Shown here: positions 1 through 9,171 of the stretch, in pieces
Position numbering within the stretch: the stretch's first letter is position 1
Layout of the letters: every line of letters begins with the position of its first letter
Virus record (IMG/VR): IMGVR_UViG_3300009157_000016
Span: 44,378-108,377 of that record
Length of the DNA stretch: 64,000 bases
Reading direction: 5' to 3' (one strand)
DNA from: a virus
Made by a program: the position numbers and the translations under genes
The notes under the pieces: generated by a model
The model's input: the letters and a program-made list of their open reading frames with translations, nothing else
What the model was told of the DNA's origin: nothing
Databases searched by the model: none

Positions 1-1353
1 GCCGGCGACCCAATAGAACACCGCATCATAGTGTTCCTTGAGCCGGGCAATCTCATCCTGCGACTCCTCAATGTCCTTCTCATAAGCATTGATGTCGTCA
101 CGGCGCTTATCCAGCAGCGCCTCAAAGGGGTCCTGCGCCGCCTGTAGCGTGTCGTAGTCCAGTTGCGCCTTCTTCAAGTCGCGCTCAGCTTGCGTCAGGG
201 CGTTGTCGCAGTCCACGCGGGCATGGTGCGTCCCGGTGACCTTGTCGCTCGCCAATCTCAGGAGGCCGTCCGACTCTTCCATCTGACGCTTCAACTTCTT
301 GCGGCGGCCCTTGGCGCGCTCAAGCCGCTCATAGATGTCGTCAGCCTCCTGCTCATCCTTCTCGCGCAACGCTTCTATCTTGTCACCCTGCTTCTTAAGG
401 TGATCACCGTCCACGACCTGTAGGCACGTGGGGCAGATCTTGCCGCGCAGACTGTCGAAGTGCTTGTGGTCGTCTTGCAGCGCCGCCAGCTTGGCGGTCA
501 CGCGGTCGTAGTCGCCCTGCAAGGAAGCTGCGTCCCGGCGTTCGTCGAAGTAGGTCAGCTCCAATCCCTGCCGCCCCTGTTTCAAGCTGTCCAGCGAACG
601 CGCGGCGGCCTGCTCAGCTTTGCGCAGCGCCGGCAGCGCATCCTTAAGGTCGGTCACGCGCTCATCGTGTTTGCTGATCTGCTTCTTTAGGGCTTTCAGG
701 CTGACCTTCCTGTCGTCTACGAACTGGTCCGACTTGCGCCTCAGCTCTTTCAAGCCGGCAATGGCTTCCTCACGCCGCCCCTCAGCGCGGTTCAGTTCTG
801 CTTCCTCCTTGCGCATGTCAGTTGAGATGCGCTCAGCTTTGGACGAAGCGCGCTTGCTGCGCTCAAGCCAGAAGTCAAGCTGCATGATGGACGCGAACAG
901 TGACAGCTTGGCGGCCGGCAGCAAGTCAAAGAACGACGTGCCAAACTGCGGGATGAAGATGGCGTACTTGAACGCCTCATCGTTCATGCGCAGGAGCTTG
1001 TCAACTTGATCCTGCGTTGCCTTCTGTCCGTCAATGGTCAGGAAGTTCGGGTTTTGCCCGCGCGCTATGGTGAAGGTGCCGAGTCCAACGGTTACGTCGA
1101 CTTCCACCTTGCACGACTGCGTGCCCCAATGGACGACGTTCGCCGCTTTGATCCCCCGCGTGCTAGTGCCGTAGAAGCACCAATATATGGCGTCCACAAG
1201 AGACGTCTTGCCGCAGGCGTTCGCCCCAAGGCCGGGGCTGTCCTCGTTGCGGCCGGTGAGATAGTAGAGGCCAATGCCTTCCGGGAACCAGAACTCGTGT
1301 TCGCCGTAGTAGGACTTGAACCACCACATGCAGATGCGCAGGATGTCGAACAT
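1..1353 (-). CDS. SbcC/Rad50/T4 gp46-like recombination ATPase (partial, runs off the window start)
   Basis: Not in the ORF track; translated manually from ATG 1353: MFDILRICMWWFKSY..GLGANACGKTSLVDAIYWCFYG (Walker A), long coiled coil, zinc hook CPTC near nt 430; lies next to an SbcD-like gene. Confidence 0.9.
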   Translation of the reverse strand, partial: MFDILRICMWWFKSYYGEHEFWFPEGIGLYYLTGRNEDSPGLGANACGKTSLVDAIYWCFYGTSTRGIKAANVVHWGTQSCKVEVDVTVGLGTFTIARGQNPNFLTIDGQKATQDQVDKLLRMNDEAFKYAIFIPQFGTSFFDLLPAAKLSLFASIMQLDFWLERSKRASSKAERISTDMRKEEAELNRAEGRREEAIAGLKELRRKSDQFVDDRKVSLKALKKQISKHDERVTDLKDALPALRKAEQAAARSLDSLKQGRQGLELTYFDERRDAASLQGDYDRVTAKLAALQDDHKHFDSLRGKICPTCLQVVDGDHLKKQGDKIEALREKDEQEADDIYERLERAKGRRKKLKRQMEESDGLLRLASDKVTGTHHARVDCDNALTQAERDLKKAQLDYDTLQAAQDPFEALLDKRRDDINAYEKDIEESQDEIARLKEHYDAVFYWVAG

Positions 1354-1679
1354 TAGCCGAAGGGCTCCGGATCGTGGTCGCCGTCACGCCATTGCTGGAA
1401 GGCTGCCTTGTCGCGCTCGTTGAGCTTCCCGTGGCCCATCATGCCCACGCTGTCGGTGATCTCGAAGCGGCCGTCAAGGAGCTGACGGATAGCGCGGGTG
1501 AACGGTACCGGCGACTCGCTGGATGTGTAGAAGCCATCCCATTCGTCCGTCTTGGCGTTCCACACGTAGTCGCTCAGCACGTAGTAGGTGTCACGTTCCT
1601 TGTGGTGGAGGACGTGGTAAAGCAAACTCATGTCCGGCACGTCACCGTTCTTGTCCGGCGTGTCGTAGTTGATCGGCAT
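1353..1679 (-). CDS. hypothetical protein
   Basis: MPINYDTPDK start with GGAGGAAGG RBS; TAATG overlap with the SbcC-like start. Confidence 0.6.
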   Translation of the reverse strand: MPINYDTPDKNGDVPDMSLLYHVLHHKERDTYYVLSDYVWNAKTDEWDGFYTSSESPVPFTRAIRQLLDGRFEITDSVGMMGHGKLNERDKAAFQQWRDGDHDPEPFG

Positions 1680-2670
1680 TTCCTTCCTCCAGCAGTAAGG
1701 CCCCCTCACGCTTGAAAGGGGCGGATACCTTCTCGACGACAGTGAACTCTTCAAACACGACCTTGGGATCTTTTGAGGCGATCTCCTTGGCGCTGGCTCT
1801 GCGCCGCTCCTTGGCCTTTTGGACCTTCATCTCAACACCATACACTTCCAGGTCCAATCTGCGGCATTCGTCAAGAACTGCTTTCTTGACACGCTGCCAT
1901 TCAAAGGCTTCCTCGCGTGTGAGATCCACGGTGATCTTGACGTGGTCGCCTTGCTTCACCTGACCGTCAATCTCCCCCACTTCCCTGATTGTGAGGCTGC
2001 GCTTGGCGGGCGCTTCAAAGTGGATGTCGTCAAGCAGGTCGTGCTTCGTATCCAGCAAGACGCAGCGCGGCTGAAAATCGTCGCCAAAGCGCACATGATA
2101 GGGCGCGCCAACGTAGGCGACAGCGCCGACGTCCTGCGGGCGGTGTATGTCACCGGCCAATATGCGTTTGGCGCGTAGGCGCTCAATTGTCGCGGTCTCT
2201 AGGCCGTTCAGACGTGCCCCGGACTCAGCTATGGCCCCTTCAATGCATTGGTGAATGAGGATGTAGTCCGGTCGACCCTCCAGCCAGTTAAAATCAGGCC
2301 ATCCGTCCCATTGGTGCGGCACGCACAGAAAGTGGATGCCAGCGATTTTGAGCAGCATTGGCGTGGTGATGAAGCTGATCCCTTCCAGCCCGCTGAGGAA
2401 CTTGAAGAAGGGATTCGCAGGGTCAACGTAGTCGTGGTTCCCTTGCAGCACGTAAACCGGTGGAATTAGGTGCTGCAATCCTTCCACGATCGCGTTGACA
2501 AGCTTCGCGCTATGCTTGTCTTTCTTGTCAGTGAGGTCGCCAAGGATGAACGTGAAGTCGACATCGTGTTGCCGCTGTTGCTTGCGCAGCCACGGCCATA
2601 AATCGAAACGATACTTATCCTTCGGCCGGTCAGTCATGTGCAAGTCACTCGCGAAAAGACCTATGCTCAT
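1642..2670 (-). CDS. SbcD/Mre11/T4 gp47-like metallophosphoesterase nuclease
   Basis: Motifs SDLH, LGDLTD, GNHD, LIHQ, AGDIH, YVGAP. Confidence 0.9.
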   Translation of the reverse strand: MSIGLFASDLHMTDRPKDKYRFDLWPWLRKQQRQHDVDFTFILGDLTDKKDKHSAKLVNAIVEGLQHLIPPVYVLQGNHDYVDPANPFFKFLSGLEGISFITTPMLLKIAGIHFLCVPHQWDGWPDFNWLEGRPDYILIHQCIEGAIAESGARLNGLETATIERLRAKRILAGDIHRPQDVGAVAYVGAPYHVRFGDDFQPRCVLLDTKHDLLDDIHFEAPAKRSLTIREVGEIDGQVKQGDHVKITVDLTREEAFEWQRVKKAVLDECRRLDLEVYGVEMKVQKAKERRRASAKEIASKDPKVVFEEFTVVEKVSAPFKREGALLLEEGNADQLRHAGQER

Positions 2671-3233
2671 ATGTTGGGGATCCATTTTTGGAGGGGGGTG
2701 GAGCCATCCACGTATAGCGGGTGGCGGGGATGGCGGTCCTTGGTCGTGCCAAGGCAGTACACGTCCTTGCCTGAGTGTTCCAGGATGCCGGCTACCGCGT
2801 CAGCGTAGTGCTGGAGCTTATTTGGAACCTTCCCCCACGCCGCTATGATGAAGCTTGCCTTGGCCGCATACTTCTTGATCAGGAAGTGATTGTCGGCCGA
2901 GCAGGGTTCCTTGCCTATCAGGTCCTCCGGGTGCGTGAACCGCAGATCCATGACGTTCATCTTCATGTAGGAAGTCATGATCAGCTTGTCGGTGAACAGG
3001 CACTCCCGCGCAATGGTGGGGTCGTTCATGGTGGCAATGGCGGTGCTTGGATTCATGCCTATCCACAAGGCAAAGCGGTCGTCCTCAAACCGCCTTTGTC
3101 TGTTCCACCAACGGCGCAGTGTCAGTCGGTATTCCTGATTGCGGCCGGCGAACGAGGCGTCGCCGCCCATGCCGGCCGGCATCCTTAGGAGCTTCTTTCC
3201 GCCGGGGTCGTGCTTTGGAGCGAAGAACGTCAT
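2667..3233 (-). CDS. DUF1643 family protein
   Basis: YRLTLRRWW, WIGMNPSTA..DPT, IIAAWG, CLGTTK..PRHPLY. Confidence 0.85.
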   Translation of the reverse strand: MTFFAPKHDPGGKKLLRMPAGMGGDASFAGRNQEYRLTLRRWWNRQRRFEDDRFALWIGMNPSTAIATMNDPTIARECLFTDKLIMTSYMKMNVMDLRFTHPEDLIGKEPCSADNHFLIKKYAAKASFIIAAWGKVPNKLQHYADAVAGILEHSGKDVYCLGTTKDRHPRHPLYVDGSTPLQKWIPNI

Positions 3234-3453
3234 GACGCACCTTTCCACGTTCTTTTAGTTTCACTTTCCTTCCCAACGACCAGTAGACGACCAAGACCCT
3301 CTTCGATTGTCGCCACTTGACTATGTGGCAGGGAGCGAGGACACGTCTCATCTGCCAGACTTGTTCGAGAAGCTCCTTCAACGTGCAGCCGGGCTCACGG
3401 CGGAACTTCCCTTTTATGGGAATGCGGAAGAGGGTCGGGTCGTCATCCTTCAT
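3085..3453 (-). CDS. hypothetical protein
   Basis: ATGA coupling to the upstream gene, but a long 3' overlap with DUF1643. Confidence 0.4.
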   Translation of the reverse strand: MKDDDPTLFRIPIKGKFRREPGCTLKELLEQVWQMRRVLAPCHIVKWRQSKRVLVVYWSLGRKVKLKERGKVRHDVLRSKARPRRKEAPKDAGRHGRRRLVRRPQSGIPTDTAPLVEQTKAV

Positions 3454-3968
3454 AGGCGCACGCGATCACGCAGCGGCCGGCACTTGAGAAAATCATCCCA
3501 AAAGATGACTTGCAGATTGAGTTGTGGGTAGATGGCTTCAATGCGGAAGATGCCCAGCAAATGGAAGCCCTTCTTGGTGCTGAGGACCAGTATGGGGAAA
3601 TTGTTCTGGCGGGCAATGAGGAACGGTATCTTGTCGAACTTCTCAGCATCCCGGCACAAGGCAAGCCAGAAGTTGACAAGGTTCCCCCTGCGCTTAATCA
3701 GCGCATCAATGTCCAAGTTCTTGAAATGCTTTGAGTCGACGAGGAAGTTGTCGACGAATTTCATGCCGGCTGGATCAATGGCGCTTATGTCACCGGCTTG
3801 CGCAGAGAGGATTGTGCCGGACTTGAAGGCAATGCTGGCCCGGCCTCCTGACATGGCGGTGCGCCAGAATATGTCCTCACGCTTGCCGCGCGTGACCCAT
3901 TTGGATAGCTCACGGCAACAGTAGCGTTCGAACGTAGCGCCCTTTTTCTGACTACCGCCCTTCCTCAT
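3450..3968 (-). CDS. PD-(D/E)XK nuclease, putative Holliday junction resolvase
   Basis: KKGATFER, GDI, LVDSKH pattern; recombination gene context. Confidence 0.7.
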   Translation of the reverse strand: MRKGGSQKKGATFERYCCRELSKWVTRGKREDIFWRTAMSGGRASIAFKSGTILSAQAGDISAIDPAGMKFVDNFLVDSKHFKNLDIDALIKRRGNLVNFWLALCRDAEKFDKIPFLIARQNNFPILVLSTKKGFHLLGIFRIEAIYPQLNLQVIFWDDFLKCRPLRDRVRL

Positions 3969-4302
3969 CTACCCGCTCCCCTTTATCGTTGATAGGCCAC
4001 TTCTCACCGCTGATAAGACGGATAGTGACCATTTCCTGATGACGGTTCATCATGTCGACTTCGTATTCCGCCTTGCCGTTGGCGACCTCAATGGTGAACC
4101 GCATTCCCCTTAGCTTCTCGGGGTCGCTGATGTCCAAGCCGAACTCACGAAGCATTGCGAACGTCGTCGTGGTGGAGTGCATCCACGGAGTGTCTATTGT
4201 GGTGTAGCGCTGGCCGTAGATGGGCTCCACATCTTTGCCGAATGCGGTATCAGGAACCTCGCCGGTGTGCAGCGAGAATTGCATCCTGCGTAGCTCAACC
4301 AT
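3952..4302 (-). CDS. hypothetical protein
   Basis: ORF with AGGAGG-like RBS coupled to the RecA end. Confidence 0.6.
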   Translation of the reverse strand: MVELRRMQFSLHTGEVPDTAFGKDVEPIYGQRYTTIDTPWMHSTTTTFAMLREFGLDISDPEKLRGMRFTIEVANGKAEYEVDMMNRHQEMVTIRLISGEKWPINDKGERVDEEGR

Positions 4303-5347
4303 ACTTCCTCCTCTTGGGTATGAACTCGTCCTCGATCTCATTCCAGAGACGACGGACGACCTTGTTGACGCGACGTGTCTCGCGGTCAAACTCCTTGTCG
4401 CTCATGTCGTTCAGCGCGTCGCGGTACTGAGTGAACTCCTTCTTCTCCGCCGGTATGTCAGCCGCCTTGAGACGCTTGATGGACTTGAGCCAGTCCAGCG
4501 AAGCCCCAAGGTCATCAATCCCGTAGCCAAAGATGAAGTCCATGTCGCACGACCTGAACGGGAAGCCGACCTTGTTCTTCTTGCATAGGGCTTTGATGCC
4601 GATCCCGTAGACGCGCTCAACGCCGCGAATGGTGCGCTTAAGCTGCTCCTTGTGGGACAGCCAGAGGATGTGCGTGGCGTAGAAGTCAAGCGCTTTGCCG
4701 CCAGCGCGGCGGTGCTTCTCCCCAAAGCTGACGTTGATGTTGTCCCGCACCTGTGAGACGATAACAAGGCAGACGCGGGCCTTGCCGATCTTCTTGGTCA
4801 GCTTGCGGAACAATTCAGACGCCATCTTGGCCTTTGCCATGCCGTAGGTGGCGTCACCAATCTCACGCTCCAGTTCCTTCTCGTCGCTGAGGCCGTCATA
4901 GCTGTCCAGCACGTACATGCCGGGCACGTCGTCTTTGATGCAGTCGTCGCAGAAGCGTTCCAAGTCCCGTGCAAACGCTTCAATGGTGGTGATGGGGGCG
5001 TCCGGATCGCCGAAGTCTATGTCGTCAACCGGCGCGCCCATAGCCTGCGCATAGTCCATGTCGTAGGCTTCTTCTGTCTCCCGGTAGGCTGCCTTTCCCT
5101 TCGGGTAGTCCATGCAGAAGTTTGTCAGCCCCTCAGTGGCAAGCGCCGTCTTGGCCGTGCTCTTGTCGCCCACGATGTTGATCATACGTCCTAGGACGTA
5201 GCCGCCGCTGAGAACGTTATCAAGCAGCCCGCAGCCGCTTGACGTGAATTCCAGCTTCTCCTTTTCGGAGGTGAAATAGAGGTTGTCCTCTTTTCTCAGC
5301 TTGTCATAAGCCGTTTCATCCTCAAGCTTTACGCGCCGCTTTGCCAT
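4295..5347 (-). CDS. RecA/UvsX-like recombinase
   Basis: SSGCGLLDNVLSGGY..GRMINIVGDKSTAKT, VLDS, VSQVRDNI, GGKALDFYA, KKNKV..PFR; start MAKRRVKL with GGAGG RBS. Confidence 0.93.
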   Translation of the reverse strand: MAKRRVKLEDETAYDKLRKEDNLYFTSEKEKLEFTSSGCGLLDNVLSGGYVLGRMINIVGDKSTAKTALATEGLTNFCMDYPKGKAAYRETEEAYDMDYAQAMGAPVDDIDFGDPDAPITTIEAFARDLERFCDDCIKDDVPGMYVLDSYDGLSDEKELEREIGDATYGMAKAKMASELFRKLTKKIGKARVCLVIVSQVRDNINVSFGEKHRRAGGKALDFYATHILWLSHKEQLKRTIRGVERVYGIGIKALCKKNKVGFPFRSCDMDFIFGYGIDDLGASLDWLKSIKRLKAADIPAEKKEFTQYRDALNDMSDKEFDRETRRVNKVVRRLWNEIEDEFIPKRRKYG

Positions 5348-5483
5348 CTGGCCTCCAGTTGTAGACACGGCGCTGCTTGGGAAGGGGGTTGACCGCCAGA
5401 TAATCCTGCCAGCCCTCGTATCCCATCGCCCGTATCTGACTTTGATCTCTGTCCAACCTTGCCCAAGGGATTTCGTCATCCAT
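5322..5483 (-). CDS. possible 53-aa hypothetical protein
   Basis: Manual translation MDDEIPWARLD...KAARKA fills the SSB-RecA gap; weak RBS. Confidence 0.3.
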   Translation of the reverse strand: MDDEIPWARLDRDQSQIRAMGYEGWQDYLAVNPLPKQRRVYNWRPDGKAARKA

Positions 5484-5554
5484 CTGCTCTGCAAGAGGGC
5501 GGTTATCTAGCTGGTGGGCGTAGATGACGCCCTCTTGCAGGAGGTAGGCAGCCC

Positions 5555-6235
5555 TTAGTCCCGGTCGCGCCTCCGGCGGTCCCGGTCGTCGTCCGGGTCG
5601 TCATAGCGGGTGCGCTTCTTGTCACCGCGATCGTCGTCACGGTCGCGCTTGCGGTCACGGTCGTCGTCATCATCCCGACCGCCGCGCTTCTCGCCGACGT
5701 CACGTTTGCGGTCGTCGTCCTTGTCCCGGTCCTTGCTGCGCTCACGCATCTCAGCAAGACGGTCCTTCACGTTGCGGCGCTCACCCTTGTCGTCGTCATC
5801 GCGCTTCCGGTCCCGGTCCCGGTCATCGTCATCACGGTCGCGACTGCGGCTGCCACGGTCAACGTCATCCCGGTCACGGCTGCGGCGGTCGTCCTTGTCG
5901 TCGTCACGGTCACGCCCGCGCCGGTCATCACGGTCGTCATCCCGGTCACGGCTGGCACGACGATCATCCCGGTCATCATCACGGTCACGCCGGCCACGAC
6001 GATCGTCGTCGTCTTCGCTCCTCTTCCGTGACGACCCACGGTCATCATCACGATCGTCGTCCCGGCCACGGCCGCGCACCGAACCACGATCATCATCATC
6101 CCGGTCACGCCGGCCACGGCCTGAGCCGCGTTCGTCATCATCCCGGTCACGGCTGCGCCCGCCGCGCCGGTCGTCATCCCGGTCACGGTCACGGCTACGG
6201 CCACCACGACGATCGTCTTTGTCGTCGTCGTCCGT
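5555..6235 (-). repeat. coding low-complexity repeat (RDRDDD-type units)
   Basis: Many imperfect copies of (c)cggtcacgg/tcgtcgtc on the + strand. Confidence 0.9.
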
Positions 6236-7126
6236 TTCAACGCGGACGTGGCCGCCGAAGGCCGCTTCAATGTGGTCGTAGTCGTGGTATTGCAGGACAT
6301 CAGGGATGGGATTTTCCTTGATGTAGTCCAGCACGTCCTGCATGTCACGCTTGTTGTCCAAGATGGGACCGCTGGGGAGGATCTTCATCTTGGACGCCGG
6401 GTACTTGGTATTGCGGCCGGTGCCTTCACGGTAGAAGCGGATGTCGTTCCCGTCGTAAGGGTCATCAATGTAGATGAGCGCCTTGGTGTCCTCGTCAACC
6501 GTCAGGTTGGCGATGTCCTTGTCGAACGTCCACGCCATTGCCCAAAACTGAGCGCCTTCGTCAGGAGCGTTCTTGTCAAGGACCCACACGCCCTTCCGCT
6601 TCTTGGGCGTCAGGGCTTTGGCCAGCTTCTCGTCGCCGTCCTTTTCAGCATCACGGCGGGCCTCATCCAGCGGGTCCCTCTTGCCCAGCATCTTGCTGAG
6701 GCTGAGGTACGTCTGCGAGTCGACGCCAATGCCGTAGTTGCAGTAGATGTCGTAGCAGTAGTACTTCGCATCGTCCCACGTGGGCGGCAGGATGCGGATC
6801 GTGTTCTTGCCTTCCTTTGGCTTGAACACCTTGATCCCATCCTTTACGATGGAGTCGAAGTTCCCTCCGCTTTGGTTGGCGGCTTCCCGCACGGCTTCAC
6901 GCGACGTGCGCTTGTAGACAAAGCTACCACCACGACTGGAGCCGCGATCATCATCACGGTCACGATCACGCGAACGACCACGGTCACGATCCCGGTCATC
7001 GTCGTCCCTCCCACGGCTTGAGCGCCTGTCGTCATCATCCCGGCCACGGCGACGATCGTCGTCCCGGTCACGGTCGCGATCCCGGTCATCATCCCGGTCA
7101 CGGCGTCTATCGTCATCACGTGCCAT
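5555..7126 (-). CDS. gp32-like single-stranded DNA-binding protein with long Arg/Asp-rich N- and C-terminal tails
   Basis: Core FKPKEGKNTIRILPP..DPL..DDPYDGNDIRFYREGTGRNTKY typical of phage gp32-like SSBs; lies between RecA and UvsY-like genes. Confidence 0.8.
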   Translation of the reverse strand: MARDDDRRRDRDDDRDRDRDRDDDRRRGRDDDDRRSSRGRDDDDRDRDRGRSRDRDRDDDRGSSRGGSFVYKRTSREAVREAANQSGGNFDSIVKDGIKVFKPKEGKNTIRILPPTWDDAKYYCYDIYCNYGIGVDSQTYLSLSKMLGKRDPLDEARRDAEKDGDEKLAKALTPKKRKGVWVLDKNAPDEGAQFWAMAWTFDKDIANLTVDEDTKALIYIDDPYDGNDIRFYREGTGRNTKYPASKMKILPSGPILDNKRDMQDVLDYIKENPIPDVLQYHDYDHIEAAFGGHVRVETDDDDKDDRRGGRSRDRDRDDDRRGGRSRDRDDDERGSGRGRRDRDDDDRGSVRGRGRDDDRDDDRGSSRKRSEDDDDRRGRRDRDDDRDDRRASRDRDDDRDDRRGRDRDDDKDDRRSRDRDDVDRGSRSRDRDDDDRDRDRKRDDDDKGERRNVKDRLAEMRERSKDRDKDDDRKRDVGEKRGGRDDDDDRDRKRDRDDDRGDKKRTRYDDPDDDRDRRRRDRD

Positions 7127-7141
7127 ACACTTCTCTCCTCG

Positions 7142-7312
7142 TCAGGCGCTCTCGGCGCGGGTTTCTTTCTGCCCATGCTGGATAAGGCTCAGGAGTCCCT
7201 GAACGTATGCCAGCTTGGCGCGGTAGTATGCGATGAACACGAAGTTCAAGAAGCAATACAGCAGCGCCAGAACAAGGATCAGGACTGCTACGCCCAGTAC
7301 GTCCTCAGTCAT
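7142..7312 (-). CDS. small membrane protein (56 aa)
   Basis: Manual translation MTEDVLGVAVLILVLALLYCFLNFVFIAYY..; GAGG RBS. Confidence 0.55.
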   Translation of the reverse strand: MTEDVLGVAVLILVLALLYCFLNFVFIAYYRAKLAYVQGLLSLIQHGQKETRAESA

Positions 7313-7805
7313 CGTACCTCACCCTTCGTTTGGAACGGCCTTCAATGATCCGCTCCATGTTGCGCTTGGAACGATACTCGTCAGCCCGGCCGCCTTTGGT
7401 GGCGTCCGTCTGATAGTAGTTCGCTACGTACAGCCCTGCCAGATCCTTGAGCATGTAGGACCGCATTGAGAAGGACTCCTTCAACGTCTGGCACCTGTCC
7501 GCCCATTCCTTGGCGTCAAGGTAGCTCTTGGTGGCCTCAATGTGGTCGTCATGTATCTCAATGGCGTTCTTGATAGCCGCCTCACTGGCCTTGCCGTCCG
7601 ACCGTTCCAGTTCCCTCCTGCACTCAAAGTATAGGCGCGCGTCGATTTGGGACAGTTCCTCTTTGGCTGTGTCCCGGTCAGCGTTTGCCGCTGCCAATAG
7701 ATCGCCGGCTTCATAGAACAATTCTGGTTGCCTGACCAATTCCATGTCTAGGTCAAGGCGGTCAATTTGCAGCGCACGGCGCAGTTCGCTAGGTTTTGCG
7801 GGCAT
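7305..7805 (-). CDS. UvsY-like recombination mediator
   Basis: Helical 166 aa, LQIDRLDLDMELVRQP..SEAAIKNAI..ESFSMRSYML pattern; next to SSB and RecA. Confidence 0.6.
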   Translation of the reverse strand: MPAKPSELRRALQIDRLDLDMELVRQPELFYEAGDLLAAANADRDTAKEELSQIDARLYFECRRELERSDGKASEAAIKNAIEIHDDHIEATKSYLDAKEWADRCQTLKESFSMRSYMLKDLAGLYVANYYQTDATKGGRADEYRSKRNMERIIEGRSKRRVRYDD

Positions 7806-7837
7806 GGTTCACCCCTCCGTTTTCACATATACCTTTC

Positions 7838-8815
7838 CTAGGCCCGGTGGAGTTCCAGAACCAAGCCAATGGAAACGTAGAGGGGAGCGTACTTGGCGGA
7901 ATTGTCATAGGGCGTTGAGAAGCATTCGATGATCCTCAGCAGGCTCGCAGCGCGGCGGTGATCAGTCGTCTTGGCCGCCACCTTCGCCATGTAGTGGCAC
8001 GTAACGATGCGAATGCTTTCAGCGTCCTGATTGGCTTCCTCCATGTCCTTGCAGATGCGCATGGCGTCCTTCCATGTGCCCTTGGGCTTCATGAGGAACT
8101 GGCAGAAGTCATTGATTTCCTTCGTCTCACCGGCCAGCCTTAGCGCCTCACGCGCGTCGGTCACCGTTTCGCAGTACTCAACCTTCTCAAGGTAGGTCAA
8201 AGCCTGCCGTGGTGAGCCGCCGCTGTTCTCAGCAATCAGCTCTAGTATCTCATCCTCCACCTTGAGGTCCGCCTTGTCCATGACCTCGGCAAGGATGAGC
8301 AGAATTTCATCCTCACTGAGCGGCTTGAGATGGTAGTCAATGCACCGCGTCTTGATGGTGGCAGGAACCTTGCCGGGCAGCGTGGTGCAGAAGAACCAGT
8401 ACACGTGCTTGGGCGGTTCCTCCGTGGCCTTGAGAATGCTGTCCCATGCGTTGCTGGACAGCTTGTGGCACTCATCCACGATGATTCCTTTGACCGGACT
8501 GTCGCCAATTGCCCGGTAGTTGGCCTTCTGGACAATGCTGCGCATGGCGTCCACACCGGTATGCGTGGCAGCGTCCACGTCGAGGATGTTCGCCAGCGTG
8601 ATAGTGGCATCGTCGCTCTTGGCCCCAAGCAGGGCAAACTCGTTCGCCACAATGCGGGCAAGCGTCGTCTTGCCAAGGCCGGAGCCGCCCGTGAACAGGA
8701 AGGTGTGGGCACGCCCCTCCTTCACGACCTTGCGCAAGGACTTCACGACGGCGTCGTGTCCAATGACGTCCTTGAATACGTTCGGCCGATAGGCGGTGTG
8801 TAGTGACGTGCTCAT
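7838..8815 (-). CDS. DnaX (gamma/tau)-like clamp loader AAA+ subunit
   Basis: YRPNVFKDVIGH, GGSGLGKTTLAR, DAATHTGVD, IVDECH, EEPP, TIKTRC, GGSPR. Confidence 0.9.
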   Translation of the reverse strand: MSTSLHTAYRPNVFKDVIGHDAVVKSLRKVVKEGRAHTFLFTGGSGLGKTTLARIVANEFALLGAKSDDATITLANILDVDAATHTGVDAMRSIVQKANYRAIGDSPVKGIIVDECHKLSSNAWDSILKATEEPPKHVYWFFCTTLPGKVPATIKTRCIDYHLKPLSEDEILLILAEVMDKADLKVEDEILELIAENSGGSPRQALTYLEKVEYCETVTDAREALRLAGETKEINDFCQFLMKPKGTWKDAMRICKDMEEANQDAESIRIVTCHYMAKVAAKTTDHRRAASLLRIIECFSTPYDNSAKYAPLYVSIGLVLELHRA

Positions 8816-9135
8816 CTTCGTTTATCCTTTCGCTTCCCCTGTTGGCTCATGTGAAATATACCGTTCGCACAGTCAGGGCGCTCCCCATTGCACGGCCTCC
8901 AGTAGATGTGTCCGCACAACGTACACTCAGTTGGCTTGTCACCGGGGAACGCTGGATACATCGTTCGGTGGTCACCGGCTTTGTACTCGGTCATGACCTC
9001 TATGGGTCCGTCGTCCAGCCTCACCCGCTGACGGTGCGGCGGCGGGGCGGGCTCAGGCAGTATCAGGTCATCTTCGTCAAGCCTGACCCGTTTGCGGGGC
9101 ACGACGGGCTCATCTAAACGCACTCGCTTTTTCAT
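8812..9135 (-). CDS. hypothetical protein with 3x RVRLD motif and a Cys4 C-terminal domain
   Basis: KKRVRLDE, RKRVRLDE, RQRVRLDD; CTLC..C..C; GGAGG RBS. Confidence 0.7.
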   Translation of the reverse strand: MKKRVRLDEPVVPRKRVRLDEDDLILPEPAPPPHRQRVRLDDGPIEVMTEYKAGDHRTMYPAFPGDKPTECTLCGHIYWRPCNGERPDCANGIFHMSQQGKRKDKRR

Positions 9136-9171
9136 CTGTTACCTCCATACGCCCCCGCAGGGCGCGGAGGC

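Noticed and set aside
5610-6281. Plus-strand Arg/Ser-rich ORF resembling an SR splicing-factor domain (similar ORFs at 15773 and 16484)
   Set aside because: Antisense shadow of the R/D repeats; no RBS or folded domain
5555-7126. Repeats as a CRISPR array or satellite
   Set aside because: No constant repeat with unique spacers; triplet-periodic coding low complexity
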